DNA of 64,000 bases from Euryarchaeota archaeon UBA182. Its GTDB lineage: Archaea; Thermoplasmatota; Poseidoniia; Poseidoniales; Thalassarchaeaceae. Positions 36,267 to 46,300 of this stretch are shown one piece after another (position 1 is the stretch's first letter; each line of letters starts with the position of its first letter). The DNA is taken from NCBI GenBank assembly GCA_002495675.1, contig DAGH01000021.1:8318-72317 (forward strand). The letters are read 5' to 3'. Both the position numbers and the translations under genes were made by a program. The notes below the pieces were generated by a model, which saw only the letters and a program-made list of their open reading frames with translations, searched no databases and was not told the DNA's origin.

Positions 36267-38863
36267 TCAATCAAATCCTTCAAAATGTCATTGAGATCTT
36301 CCCCTGACCGTTTTCTAACGGCTTTGTTATCGGGACCAAGTGAATTAGGCAATTCTTCAATATCATGAATTACGCTATCAAGCAATCCTGAATCAAGCGC
36401 CCTGTTCGACCGAGCAATCTCTTCGTTGTCGTGGGGTTTGATCTCACTTTTTGATCTCTTGAAACCCTCCGCGAACTCCTCCGCAGATATCGTGTCTGGC
36501 TCCTCTGTAGTGGCGTTGGAAATCTTCCTTCTTTTCAGGGAAGAATTGAACATCCAAAGACCACAAACACAAATGGCCAAACTAACTATGATGAGAAGAA
36601 CCTGAAACAAACCGAGATGCCCAACGCTGCCCTCATCAGACACCGAGTTTACTACATTGTTGAGTGTGCAGGCGCTTTCGACAGAGTTTCCTGGGTTGCT
36701 TAATGGCGTTGCTGTCACTGAGAGCCTTGTACTGTCCTGGGCGGCACTGGACCATGCCTGAATTTCTAGGGTCCCTTGGTACCCAATTGGGTCAAACCTG
36801 AGGAAACGATCTTGTGTGTATTCCCCATTGATAAGAAAGCCATGATCAACGTCTTTGTTGATATCCACAACTGCCTCAATAGAATCTGCCCTTCTACCTG
36901 TGTTGATCACAAATACCGACATCGTGATTCTACCGTCGGATAATACGTCACATACTACGTCTCCTTTGGTTTCCAACCTTGCCTCCGATGAGATTGTGAA
37001 ACTGATTTTCTCGATCCCGATGACCAAACCCTGCGTTCTCATACGAATCTCAATATCTGGTGTGACACCTAGTTGCGCTTCGCCGTCCACTGCAAGAGGC
37101 AACGGGATTTTGGTGGATTCTCCGCCATCCAGTTCTATCTCACCGGGCAACTCAATTTCCAACCATTCAGGAATTCCACGATATTCGATACTGTAGACAG
37201 TTGAGCCAATGCCATCATTGGTCACAATCAGGTCCAAAACACAGTCTTCACTGGGTTCGATATCTTCACAATCCCCCTCGTCGACGGAAAAAGATCCGGA
37301 TATTCTTGTCGATATGACGACGCTAGTGAATGAGATATCCTGATAGGGCAGTCCCACTGGACCAGCCCTTATTCCAAAATCAAGTGCCCCTGTCGAGTCA
37401 CTAGGTGCGGAGATCTGCATTCGTATTCGACCTGTGCTCCATGGATCAACACCCGTCGCCATAGATTCATCGAGAAGAATTACGCCCCAACCATCGATCG
37501 AGATTAGGCTTCCAATTCGCTCAACTCCGTCATTGCTTGAAAATAGCTCTACGCCGATGTCATCGATGCTGTTACCCGTGTTTCTTACCTCGATATCCAA
37601 TACCGAAATCGAATTCGGAGGCATCGACATAGAGCCTCCACCAGAGATAATCTGGATCGATCTTTGACGTCCTGTTTCCAATCTGAAATCCCAATTGTCC
37701 CTGATTCCAAATTGGTCCATTACCGATGCCTCAAAATGATGTGTTGAACCTGCGCTTGGAGACCCGGGAGCTGATTTAGGAGCATGAATTAGGAATTTGA
37801 GGGCAATTTCACGATCACTACCTATGGTAATCAATCTTGCACCAAGAGCCAAGGGGTCATCTTCCCACGACCAATTCCAGCCAGAAGAGTCAGTGAGATT
37901 CACGACCGCAACCCGATCTTCTTCTGCAAAATTCCTAACGAACAACGTGACACCAATCGAAGATCCGGGTTGAATTGTATATGTCCCACCTGCCAGATTC
38001 CTAAACCTCACCTTGGCCCTGTCATCTTCATAAGGTGTCATCAGGGAGCTTGGCAAATCGTTCACTGCCCTCCGAGCTACCTCGATAAGGTAAATTGAGG
38101 TATTCATATCAATGGAGTTAGGCCTAAGGTTGGGGGTACAGTCATCATTGAATAGTGATACAACAACGGTACAAGCAATCAGGAAAGCTCCAACCTCAGA
38201 TGCCTCCACTTCATTGGAATAAAGGCTTGAGAAGTTAGAACTTTGATCAAGTGGATTGACCCCTAAAGCCAAGTCATCCATGTAAACGATGTTGAATGCT
38301 GCTCCAGCCGGAATCACATAGCGAATACCAGATGAAAGACCATCAAGCAATGAGATTGTCGAATTCACAATGAGCGAGTCCATGCTTGTGAAATCACCCA
38401 TGGTTATCGGCCGATTAGAATCTCCGTTCTTGTGCGCCCATGGCATGAACAAAACAGGCTCGGCAGGCATGTCATCCGCAATTTCGGCAAGTTTTTCCAG
38501 TGTTGCAAGAATAGATCCATCCCCGCTAGAACCATCTTGGACAGCAATATCAATGGATTTGGGTTGCAGAATTAAAAAATCCGACTGATCGTCTAATGCA
38601 ACGGACCAAGGGGCCAGGCCTTCCTCGTAGAATCCCAGATGATCATCCAGACCAAGATTTTCTCCAGATATGGTCTGGGTAGATGAATTGGGGTATGATT
38701 CTTCTATGCCGATCTCCACCTTGCTCCCCACGCTGTCAATCATCCTGTCACCAACCAGGATTACATCCATGGTCGCACCGTCGGTAATACCTGCCACGGG
38801 TTGTGCCTCGTATGCAGGCACCATTGAAAACAGCAAAACAGCCATGATCAATTGTGGCCTCAT
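36263..38863 (-). CDS. Hypothetical large type I membrane surface protein
   Basis: 866 aa. The signal peptide is MRPQLIMAVLLFSMVPAYEA. The ectodomain has CARDB/NEW3-like beta-sandwich segments (VLDIEVRNTGNSIDDIGVEL; VLDLIVTNDGIGSTVYSIEY). The TM is LFQVLLIIVSLAICVCGLWMF, followed by a ~110-aa cytoplasmic tail. Confidence 0.6.
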   Translation of the reverse strand: MRPQLIMAVLLFSMVPAYEAQPVAGITDGATMDVILVGDRMIDSVGSKVEIGIEESYPNSSTQTISGENLGLDDHLGFYEEGLAPWSVALDDQSDFLILQPKSIDIAVQDGSSGDGSILATLEKLAEIADDMPAEPVLFMPWAHKNGDSNRPITMGDFTSMDSLIVNSTISLLDGLSSGIRYVIPAGAAFNIVYMDDLALGVNPLDQSSNFSSLYSNEVEASEVGAFLIACTVVVSLFNDDCTPNLRPNSIDMNTSIYLIEVARRAVNDLPSSLMTPYEDDRAKVRFRNLAGGTYTIQPGSSIGVTLFVRNFAEEDRVAVVNLTDSSGWNWSWEDDPLALGARLITIGSDREIALKFLIHAPKSAPGSPSAGSTHHFEASVMDQFGIRDNWDFRLETGRQRSIQIISGGGSMSMPPNSISVLDIEVRNTGNSIDDIGVELFSSNDGVERIGSLISIDGWGVILLDESMATGVDPWSTGRIRMQISAPSDSTGALDFGIRAGPVGLPYQDISFTSVVISTRISGSFSVDEGDCEDIEPSEDCVLDLIVTNDGIGSTVYSIEYRGIPEWLEIELPGEIELDGGESTKIPLPLAVDGEAQLGVTPDIEIRMRTQGLVIGIEKISFTISSEARLETKGDVVCDVLSDGRITMSVFVINTGRRADSIEAVVDINKDVDHGFLINGEYTQDRFLRFDPIGYQGTLEIQAWSSAAQDSTRLSVTATPLSNPGNSVESACTLNNVVNSVSDEGSVGHLGLFQVLLIIVSLAICVCGLWMFNSSLKRRKISNATTEEPDTISAEEFAEGFKRSKSEIKPHDNEEIARSNRALDSGLLDSVIHDIEELPNSLGPDNKAVRKRSGEDLNDILKDLID

Positions 38864-38919
38864 TGAATCAACCAGAGTGGAGGATTATTATGAGTATCAC
38901 CCGTAGTGTTTTATGGTAA

Positions 38920-40716
38920 TCAACGGAACAGAGGATCTGGTAATGTATCAAAGATTGCATTCACGTAAAATTCTCCTGCATGGATCGGCACTCTGAGACC
39001 AAATTTGAATGACACACTGGGATCTACTTCTCCAAAGGTTCCGATGTGAATATCTCCAATCATTACCTTTGCTACTCGTCCTGCTAACCATGGCCCCTCT
39101 TTTGGGGGCCCTTCAACCAATTTTACGTTGTTTTCATTGGCCCCTAAGTCCCTCAGTAGGGACATGCAAAACCCTTTGGCAGTACTGAATCCTCCATTGG
39201 CATCCGCACAAGCCCATGCAACTGAAGTTGAATTTTGGTGGTCGATCACAGTAGCCCCCAGTTCGAAAATTCGATGTGGTAATTCATGATGCCTGTTGGC
39301 TGCCAGTATTTCCAATAAGGACGGTAGTAGGTTTTGCCTGAGAATTCCATGCTCCTTTGTGATTGGGTTTCGGATTCGTGTTACGGCACCTCTGGGGTGC
39401 GTCCTGACGTCTTGGAACTCCTTGATATCATTGGTTAGGGTCAGAGTTTGGACCTCATGAGCCCCCAAGGCCCTGATTGATTGCCTGATCCGTCTTTCTG
39501 TGTAGGAGTCGATCAAGGGTGATCCCGGTAGGTTTACCTGTGATTTTTTCTCAGGAAGTGAATTCAACCCCATGCCTATAATTAAATCCTCAACAATGTC
39601 GACTGGATGGAGCAAATCACTTCTCCATGCTGGCATTTGGACAAGATATGCAAGATCATCTGACTCGGTCCCATCCCACTTGGAACCCATGGCTTCTTGA
39701 TCAACCCTGACCTTACCAACGATTTTGCCCCCCATCTTTGATATGGATTCCTCTAGAGTGCTGGAATCAATCTCAAATCCGAGAATCATCTTGATCAGAG
39801 ATTCAGGCACTTTGTATTCGACCGGATCGAAGTCAAGCCTCCATTGCGAACCATCCCATTGTCGCACGTCCACCGATTCTACAGTCCCTCCACGCTCATA
39901 CAATGATAGGGCTACTAGCCTTATAGCCGCAAGGCATGCCCTCCTGTCCCAGCCTGTAACATCGATTAGGAAGTCGGAGCTTTCAGTTGTCACCATTGTG
40001 TCTGTGCCATTAATTATTGGAGGAAATGAAAGTACCTTATCGTTGCAGTCGCGGATTAATGGATAACCCAATTCTGGCTCAATTAGATGAGCGTATTCAA
40101 CACCTTTGGGATGAAATTCTAGGATTTCAGTGAGTGCCATCTCCCTTTCTTCGCCCAGGGGAGTGAAAACTGAATCCCCTTCGTCGGCGGAGACTGAGAA
40201 TGGACCCTGGACACCCCGCAAGTCATGTACCCCGATTGAAACAGATTTCCTTCTCCTTCCAAGTGTCGTGTGTAGTTTTTCCTGATGGTCCATCAATGAT
40301 TGCACAAATAGATCCTTAGCCAGATCACTGTTGCCGGTGTAAACTCCTCTTACAATCGCAGCGAAAACGTGAGGCCTAACATATTCCATGGAAGGGTCAA
40401 CCACCATTTGTTCCGGTCCATGATTAACATCAATTCCACAAGGGGCTTCGACATTCTCTAGAAATGATCTCGCTGCCCTTGCAAGGTTCTCATGTGATAG
40501 TAGGTCGGGCCTGTCCGGAAAGACCTCAATTTCAATCTCGGAATCATTCGAATTCTCAATAACCACACCTATTTGAGATAGATCAGATATCCATCTCGAG
40601 GAATCATAAACATGCCCATTGAATTCATGAATATCGTTCAATTGAGTGTGTTGGAGTTTGATAGTGGGAATTTCAATCCCCCCTGGTCCATGTTGGTAGC
40701 GGCCGTTCCAAACCAA
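38920..40716 (-). CDS. pheT: Phenylalanyl-tRNA synthetase beta subunit, archaeal type
   Basis: 598-aa ORF with the archaeal PheT-like N-terminus (I)PTIKL... and B3/4- and B5-like regions. ATG 40716 overlaps the upstream gene by 44 nt. The true start may be nearer to IEIPTIKL at ~40671. Confidence 0.8.
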   Translation of the reverse strand: MVWNGRYQHGPGGIEIPTIKLQHTQLNDIHEFNGHVYDSSRWISDLSQIGVVIENSNDSEIEIEVFPDRPDLLSHENLARAARSFLENVEAPCGIDVNHGPEQMVVDPSMEYVRPHVFAAIVRGVYTGNSDLAKDLFVQSLMDHQEKLHTTLGRRRKSVSIGVHDLRGVQGPFSVSADEGDSVFTPLGEEREMALTEILEFHPKGVEYAHLIEPELGYPLIRDCNDKVLSFPPIINGTDTMVTTESSDFLIDVTGWDRRACLAAIRLVALSLYERGGTVESVDVRQWDGSQWRLDFDPVEYKVPESLIKMILGFEIDSSTLEESISKMGGKIVGKVRVDQEAMGSKWDGTESDDLAYLVQMPAWRSDLLHPVDIVEDLIIGMGLNSLPEKKSQVNLPGSPLIDSYTERRIRQSIRALGAHEVQTLTLTNDIKEFQDVRTHPRGAVTRIRNPITKEHGILRQNLLPSLLEILAANRHHELPHRIFELGATVIDHQNSTSVAWACADANGGFSTAKGFCMSLLRDLGANENNVKLVEGPPKEGPWLAGRVAKVMIGDIHIGTFGEVDPSVSFKFGLRVPIHAGEFYVNAIFDTLPDPLFR

Positions 40717-42172
40717 CCAGTCTTAAGCCGGTCTGCATGGCGATATTGTGATCTAGGGCCCTGATGTTTGATCTGTTCGTCGAGCTTATTGAGCTTAGCC
40801 CCATTTCGCGAAGTATACCTCTTAGCCGGGAGTCAAAATCTAACTCGGAGCCTTCCAATTCTGGGGAAACCACTGCATCGATACCTGCTGATTTAGCAAT
40901 GATCAACCTCTTTGGACTAGCCTTCCCATCAAGTCTAATCAGGACAAAACCCCCATTTTCAGAAATTCTATGCTTTTTATTTGCCATACCGATCCTTGGT
41001 AGGGCTACCGTTGGGCCTGCCGAATCGAGGGATATGGCGTCTACTAATATTCCGTCCAACTCCAATTCCTTGGACCTTCTAGCCAATTCATCTACTCTGT
41101 CAACCCTGTCTGAGAGTATCACCAGAGATCCGGGGGCCATTCTGCTCCTTATTGAGACAATCACGGCCTCAACCTCAGCATCATTTAATGTCGGGAGACT
41201 ATCAATGTCGAGAACAAAACCTAAGCAATTTAAGGAGCCCCTTCCTAACTTTCCAATGTTATGGCTACCGATGATCAATAGATCCTCGGGTTTTGGATCC
41301 GTCAAAACTATGGACGCCCCGTTTTTTGTACTTGTTTCTTGTATTTCCATCCAAGGCCTGGGAAGTAAAATTTCTCGGCCTTCCTCGCGCCTGCTTTTTA
41401 TTGTCACAGAAATATCGGGCGAAATGTGGGGATCATTCCTACCTGTCCCTGATGCAATGATACCGATTCCTGCAAAATTGTGTCCTCTTTCAAGAATTGG
41501 TAATTTGTCCTTTGGAGGATCCACTGCTTTTACGAGAACAGTTGCACCTGAGGGTATCTCGATGCCAAGGGATAATGCTAGATCAAGGGCTTCTTGGGGA
41601 ACATCCGTAATTTGACCGTACTTCATTTCGGAGTCGTCGAAATGATGGTGGTTCCCACACACAACAATAACCCCTCCCGTCATATGTGAGCCTAGTCCGA
41701 AATCTGCCGATCCCATCAAAATGATCGTTCCACCGACCATTGATGAGCCAAGGTTCGATCCAGCGTCCCCTCTTATCAGAAGAGTGCCTCCGGACATGTT
41801 TGACCCACCAAAATTACCCACTGAGCCATGAACGACTATCGAACCGCCGCTCATGTAAAATCCAGTGCGACTTCCTGCATCCTTCTCGATGACCAACCTT
41901 CCCGAGGACATCCATCCACCCGCAATCGATGAAACAGTTCCTTGAATCGTTGCAGTCCCACCCCGATTCAATAATCCAGCACCTTCCCCCAATTCCCCTA
42001 AAAGCAGTGACCTAGAATTCTCAGGGAGCATACTGAGGGCCCCAATCTCGCCATTCTTGGGCTTTTCATCACCTTCTCTCCCCCACCCAATCCTAACCAG
42101 TAGGTCTCTTTCTATCGCCTGAGCCAGCATCTTGTCCAGATCGCGATTTAATTTGATGCTCTTGTCTGACAC
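40673..42172 (-). CDS. GXGXG-repeat beta-helix domain protein (glutamate synthase alpha C-terminal/FwdC-like) fused to an uncharacterised ~300-aa C-terminal domain
   Basis: ORF track gives 40673..42322. I prefer GTG 42172 or ATG 42130, which leaves a divergent promoter region before gap. The repeats read GGTATIQGTVSSIAGGWMSSGRLVIEKDAGSRTGFYMSGGSIVVHGSVGNFGGSNMSGGTLLIRGDAGSNLGSSMVGGTIILMGSADFGLGSHMTGGVIVVCG. Confidence 0.65.
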   Translation of the reverse strand: MSDKSIKLNRDLDKMLAQAIERDLLVRIGWGREGDEKPKNGEIGALSMLPENSRSLLLGELGEGAGLLNRGGTATIQGTVSSIAGGWMSSGRLVIEKDAGSRTGFYMSGGSIVVHGSVGNFGGSNMSGGTLLIRGDAGSNLGSSMVGGTIILMGSADFGLGSHMTGGVIVVCGNHHHFDDSEMKYGQITDVPQEALDLALSLGIEIPSGATVLVKAVDPPKDKLPILERGHNFAGIGIIASGTGRNDPHISPDISVTIKSRREEGREILLPRPWMEIQETSTKNGASIVLTDPKPEDLLIIGSHNIGKLGRGSLNCLGFVLDIDSLPTLNDAEVEAVIVSIRSRMAPGSLVILSDRVDRVDELARRSKELELDGILVDAISLDSAGPTVALPRIGMANKKHRISENGGFVLIRLDGKASPKRLIIAKSAGIDAVVSPELEGSELDFDSRLRGILREMGLSSISSTNRSNIRALDHNIAMQTGLRLVGLERPLPTWTRGD

Positions 42173-42284
42173 TTGGCTACCTCGGGCTTCCGTCGAAGTG
42201 TAAACTATTGAGCATGACGGGATACAATGCCAACTTCCCCCCGTATTTGCCAATCTTGATATCCTTCCGAAGTTAGGTTGCCTC

Positions 42285-43322
42285 ATGACTGGCGTGAGGG
42301 TGGCAATAAATGGGTTCGGCACAATTGGAAAACGTGTTGCAAAAGCCGTTCAGGCCCAGCCCGACATGATCGTATCAGGTGTCACAAAAACAGGCCCCAG
42401 CCATGGCTGTGCCTTAGCAAACAGATATGGTATTCCACTGTATTGCACAGACGATAGTCCAGATCGAATTAGGTCATTTGATGGGAGCGAGTACTCTGTA
42501 TCGGGCGGTTTGAGTGACTTATTGTCTGTGTCGGATGTTGTCATAGATTGCGCGCCTGGAAAAGTGGGACAAAAGAACCATCATACATACCTAGAAGCAG
42601 GTATAAAACATATTTTCCAAGGAGGGGAAAAGCACGAATTGACTGGGATTAGCTACACATCCTGCTCTAACCATTCTCAGAATCTAGGCGTGATGGGAAC
42701 TAGAGTCGTTTCATGCAACACTACAGGTCTCGCTAGAACATTGGTCCCATTGAGGGAGGTAGTGGGTGAAATGAGGGTCGAATGTACCATGATAAGGAGA
42801 GCCGCTGACCCGGGGGACTCAAACAAAGGACCCGTCAATGCTATCAAACCAGTCTTGAAGGTGCCGAGTCATCACGGACCGGACTTAATGACTGTCGCAG
42901 AAAAAATAGATATCACTAGCCTAGCCGTTGCCGTGCCTACCACCATCATGCACGTCCATGCTATAGTAGCATACCTTCCGAGTGGCCATGGTTTGACCAC
43001 AGCTGACGTATTATCCATCTGGGAGAACACACCGAGGGTTATCTCGATGTCTGGATCATCAGATGGGATTCCCTCGACCGCAGAAGTGATGGAAATGGCG
43101 AGGGACATTGGGAGGCCTTGGGGCGATCTCCACGAAATTTTTGTGTGGTCTGATGGAGTTAGCCTTGACGGAAACGTCTTGAGATATTTCCAGGCCATCC
43201 ACCAAGAAAGTGACGTTGTCCCTGAAAATGTAGACGCTGTTAGGGCGCTAATGGACATAGAGCAAGATTGGAGAGTATCCGTAGACATCACGGATCGCTC
43301 GATCAAAGAATCATTCTCCTGA
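42285..43322 (+). CDS. gap: Glyceraldehyde-3-phosphate dehydrogenase, archaeal type II
   Basis: 345 aa. The N-terminal Rossmann motif is VAINGFGTIGKRVAKAV. The catalytic Cys context is VSCNTTGL, and HHGPD is present, as in archaeal GAPDH. Confidence 0.9.
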   Translation: MTGVRVAINGFGTIGKRVAKAVQAQPDMIVSGVTKTGPSHGCALANRYGIPLYCTDDSPDRIRSFDGSEYSVSGGLSDLLSVSDVVIDCAPGKVGQKNHHTYLEAGIKHIFQGGEKHELTGISYTSCSNHSQNLGVMGTRVVSCNTTGLARTLVPLREVVGEMRVECTMIRRAADPGDSNKGPVNAIKPVLKVPSHHGPDLMTVAEKIDITSLAVAVPTTIMHVHAIVAYLPSGHGLTTADVLSIWENTPRVISMSGSSDGIPSTAEVMEMARDIGRPWGDLHEIFVWSDGVSLDGNVLRYFQAIHQESDVVPENVDAVRALMDIEQDWRVSVDITDRSIKESFS

Positions 43323-43379
43323 GATCGCACGCCCATTGGTGGTGAAGGGTCAAAAGTCAGATTGACAGCGGATCGATCC

Positions 43380-46300
43380 ATGACTGGACACGGTGGGCGC
43401 AAAGCGATTTGCCTCGTCCTCCTAATTTTACTTCAAACCAGCATGTCAGCAGCATCTGAAAATCTCACCACAGACCATTTTGAACTTGAGCCCAATCGGC
43501 CCGATTATTCGATATTGAGCGGTCCTGGAATGTTTTCGGAAACAAACATCGATTTCACAAGTGGATTGATAAGAGGACCGTTTGGGCCCTTTGACCCACT
43601 TGAAGAACAGATCTGGAACCAAGACGAATTTTCTGACTGGTATGGCTATGGGGGGTTGATTATTGCCCAATCCGAGACTTCCGACCTAAGGAACATGATA
43701 GAATCCATGGAATCACGGGGAGCAATCTTTCAGGAGTTCTACCCAGACAACGCAGCAATATTCAGTGTGGATGCTGATCAATGGTTTAATCTGAGTTCGA
43801 TTTCGGGTAAATCAGATGACGAGAGCATACGCTGGATGTCCCCTCTGCCTGCCTCTTTCAGAATAGAACCTGAGTTGGTAACCCAATCCATTGGTCTAGT
43901 GAGTGTAGAATTGCATCTAATTAGAGATCTGAGTAGCGTCGATATCGGCCAGCTTGAATTTATGATCAAGGATTACTCTGGAGGTATGGGATCCAATGTA
44001 TGGTGCGACGATAGACTCTGCAGAGTCGAGGACATAAGTCCGATAACGTTGACTAGACTACTCGAAGATAACAGAGTTCTGTACATTTCAAATGCGGCTG
44101 ATCTAGAGTCGTTTGACTCAACATCCAGGTCAATAATTGGCCTATCCCCTACTGAAATAACTCCGCCCCTCGACTATGACGGCACTGGAGAGATAATCTC
44201 CATCACAGATACTGGTTTAGATGAAGATCACCAATCTCTGAGTGACAATATCCGAGCCGTTTACAATCAATTTGGCCCTGACAACTCGGCAGCAGACTCA
44301 AACTCTGGCCACGGAACCCACATAACCGGGATAATAGTCGGTAACGGCACGTTAGACAATCAAACACTGGGCATTGCTCCAGCCGCTGAGGTAAATTTCT
44401 ATCAAATCGAATACGACACATCCGGACTTCTCGCAAGATGGGGAACCCTCTACAGTATGTTTTCACATTCGCTGCAGAATCAAGCCAGGACACATAACAA
44501 TGCTTGGGGGAGTGTCAATCAACCTGGACAATACACCGCAGACTCCCATTCAGCAGACTCTTTCATTGTCGATCAGCCCTCTTACCTTGCTGTATTCTCT
44601 GGTGGTGACATCGGACATAACCAAGGCGCAACAACAACCCCGCCCGGAACCGCGAAGAACGTGTTGACAATAGGCGCTTCTACTACTGGATTGGGGGGCA
44701 CAGACCCGCAAGGCTCCGGATGGTTAAACAACTCTGGGGGAACTCTCGACGGTCGCATAAAGCCAGACTTGGTCGCACCAGGGGTTGAGATTTGTTCAGC
44801 ACGTGCAAGTGAAGCCACATCTGTGACAGGACAAGATTGTTCGACAGCAATTGACCAAGACGCCACACCACTGTACGTGACCGGCACAGGCTCAAGTATG
44901 GCAACCGCAGTTGCTAGCGGAGGAGCTTTGATTGTCAGGGAGTACCTTGGACAGGAATTAGGCCTCTCCGAACCTGACGCTTCACTAGTCAAAGCAATGT
45001 TGATAAACGGGGCAACTGATCTAGGGCAACCAGATATACCCAACCCAACAGAAGGCTGGGGGGAATTGAACGTCAAACAGTCCATAGATCCACATGACGC
45101 ATCAAAAAAATTGGACCTACTCATAGATGCTGGACGTGGCTTGGGGCCCGGGGACGCCCTTGTTCAGCAGATAGATGTCCAGGGGTCTAAACTTGACATT
45201 ACTCTAGTCTGGACTGATCAGGAAGGTTCTGTTTCTGCCTCAGATTCGGCGCCCCAACTAATTAATAATCTAGACCTCCTGGTGACAAGTCCATCTGGCT
45301 TGGTATACGCTGGCAACTCATTTTCCCAAGGGTACAGTACGATATCTACGTCCACTGATACTCTCAACAACGTTGAAAGAGTTCGCATCGGGGTACCAGA
45401 AGTAGGCATCTGGAAAGTCGAGGTCAGAAGCTCTGCTGGGGTATTCCAAGACGGTTATTCACTGGTCATCAGCGGGGATGCCCACTGGGTAGATCACAGT
45501 GATTTGACAACGTCGCCCGAATCATTGAGGATAACCAACGACGTAATTTTCGAGGGTGAGCAACTACTGATCCAAATGAAATGGAGGAATGAGGGAAACA
45601 CCGCCACGGGCAACTATGACGTCGAGATTTACGATGTGACAGAACAAGAGTCAATATCAACAATTACGATGCCACCTCTTGGATCTGGAGAGACGGAGAC
45701 TTGGTCCGTACAACACGCATTTACAACAGTCGGCAGCCACATTCTGGAGCTGAGGCTGGATACCCTTTCGAATGTCGTAGAATCGAATGATGAACTCGTA
45801 GGGATCGACAATAACATTGCCCAACTAGAGGTCATGATCAGTAAGCAGGGATTAGTTATCATCCCGCTCGATGCTAATGGGGATGAGGTACCTCCAGAAG
45901 ACCATATCAGCGCCTCCTCAAGGTTGTTTGAGGTGTTGAATACGACCACAGCAACGTTTGGTTTCAAGGTAAGAAACATTGGGACATCAGAGGCAACAAT
46001 TTCTGTGGTTTCAACTCCGGTCAAACAACTCATGGAAAATGGGGCTCTCAGCAACCCTTCAGACGAGTGGACTAGGGTTCTTTCAGACTCAGGACCAATA
46101 ACCCTTGCAGCGAGTGGTCAAATGAATGACAATGCCTCATTTTCTATTTCCATGATTGACGAAACCGCAGACCCCACATCTGATGAGGCTCCTGTGTATG
46201 CAGTTCCAGGAACTTTTGTCACCCGGGTTGTCGTCAGAGACATCCAAAACCCAACTATCTCAAATTCTAGAAGTTTCAGTGTTCTGGTACCCAGAGTCGA

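Noticed and set aside
40764-41615. 283-aa ORF antisense to the GXGXG-domain gene
   Set aside because: It overlaps a gene with clear repeat motifs on the other strand. The translation is Ser/Ile/Leu-rich without recognisable features. Long antisense ORFs are expected by chance.
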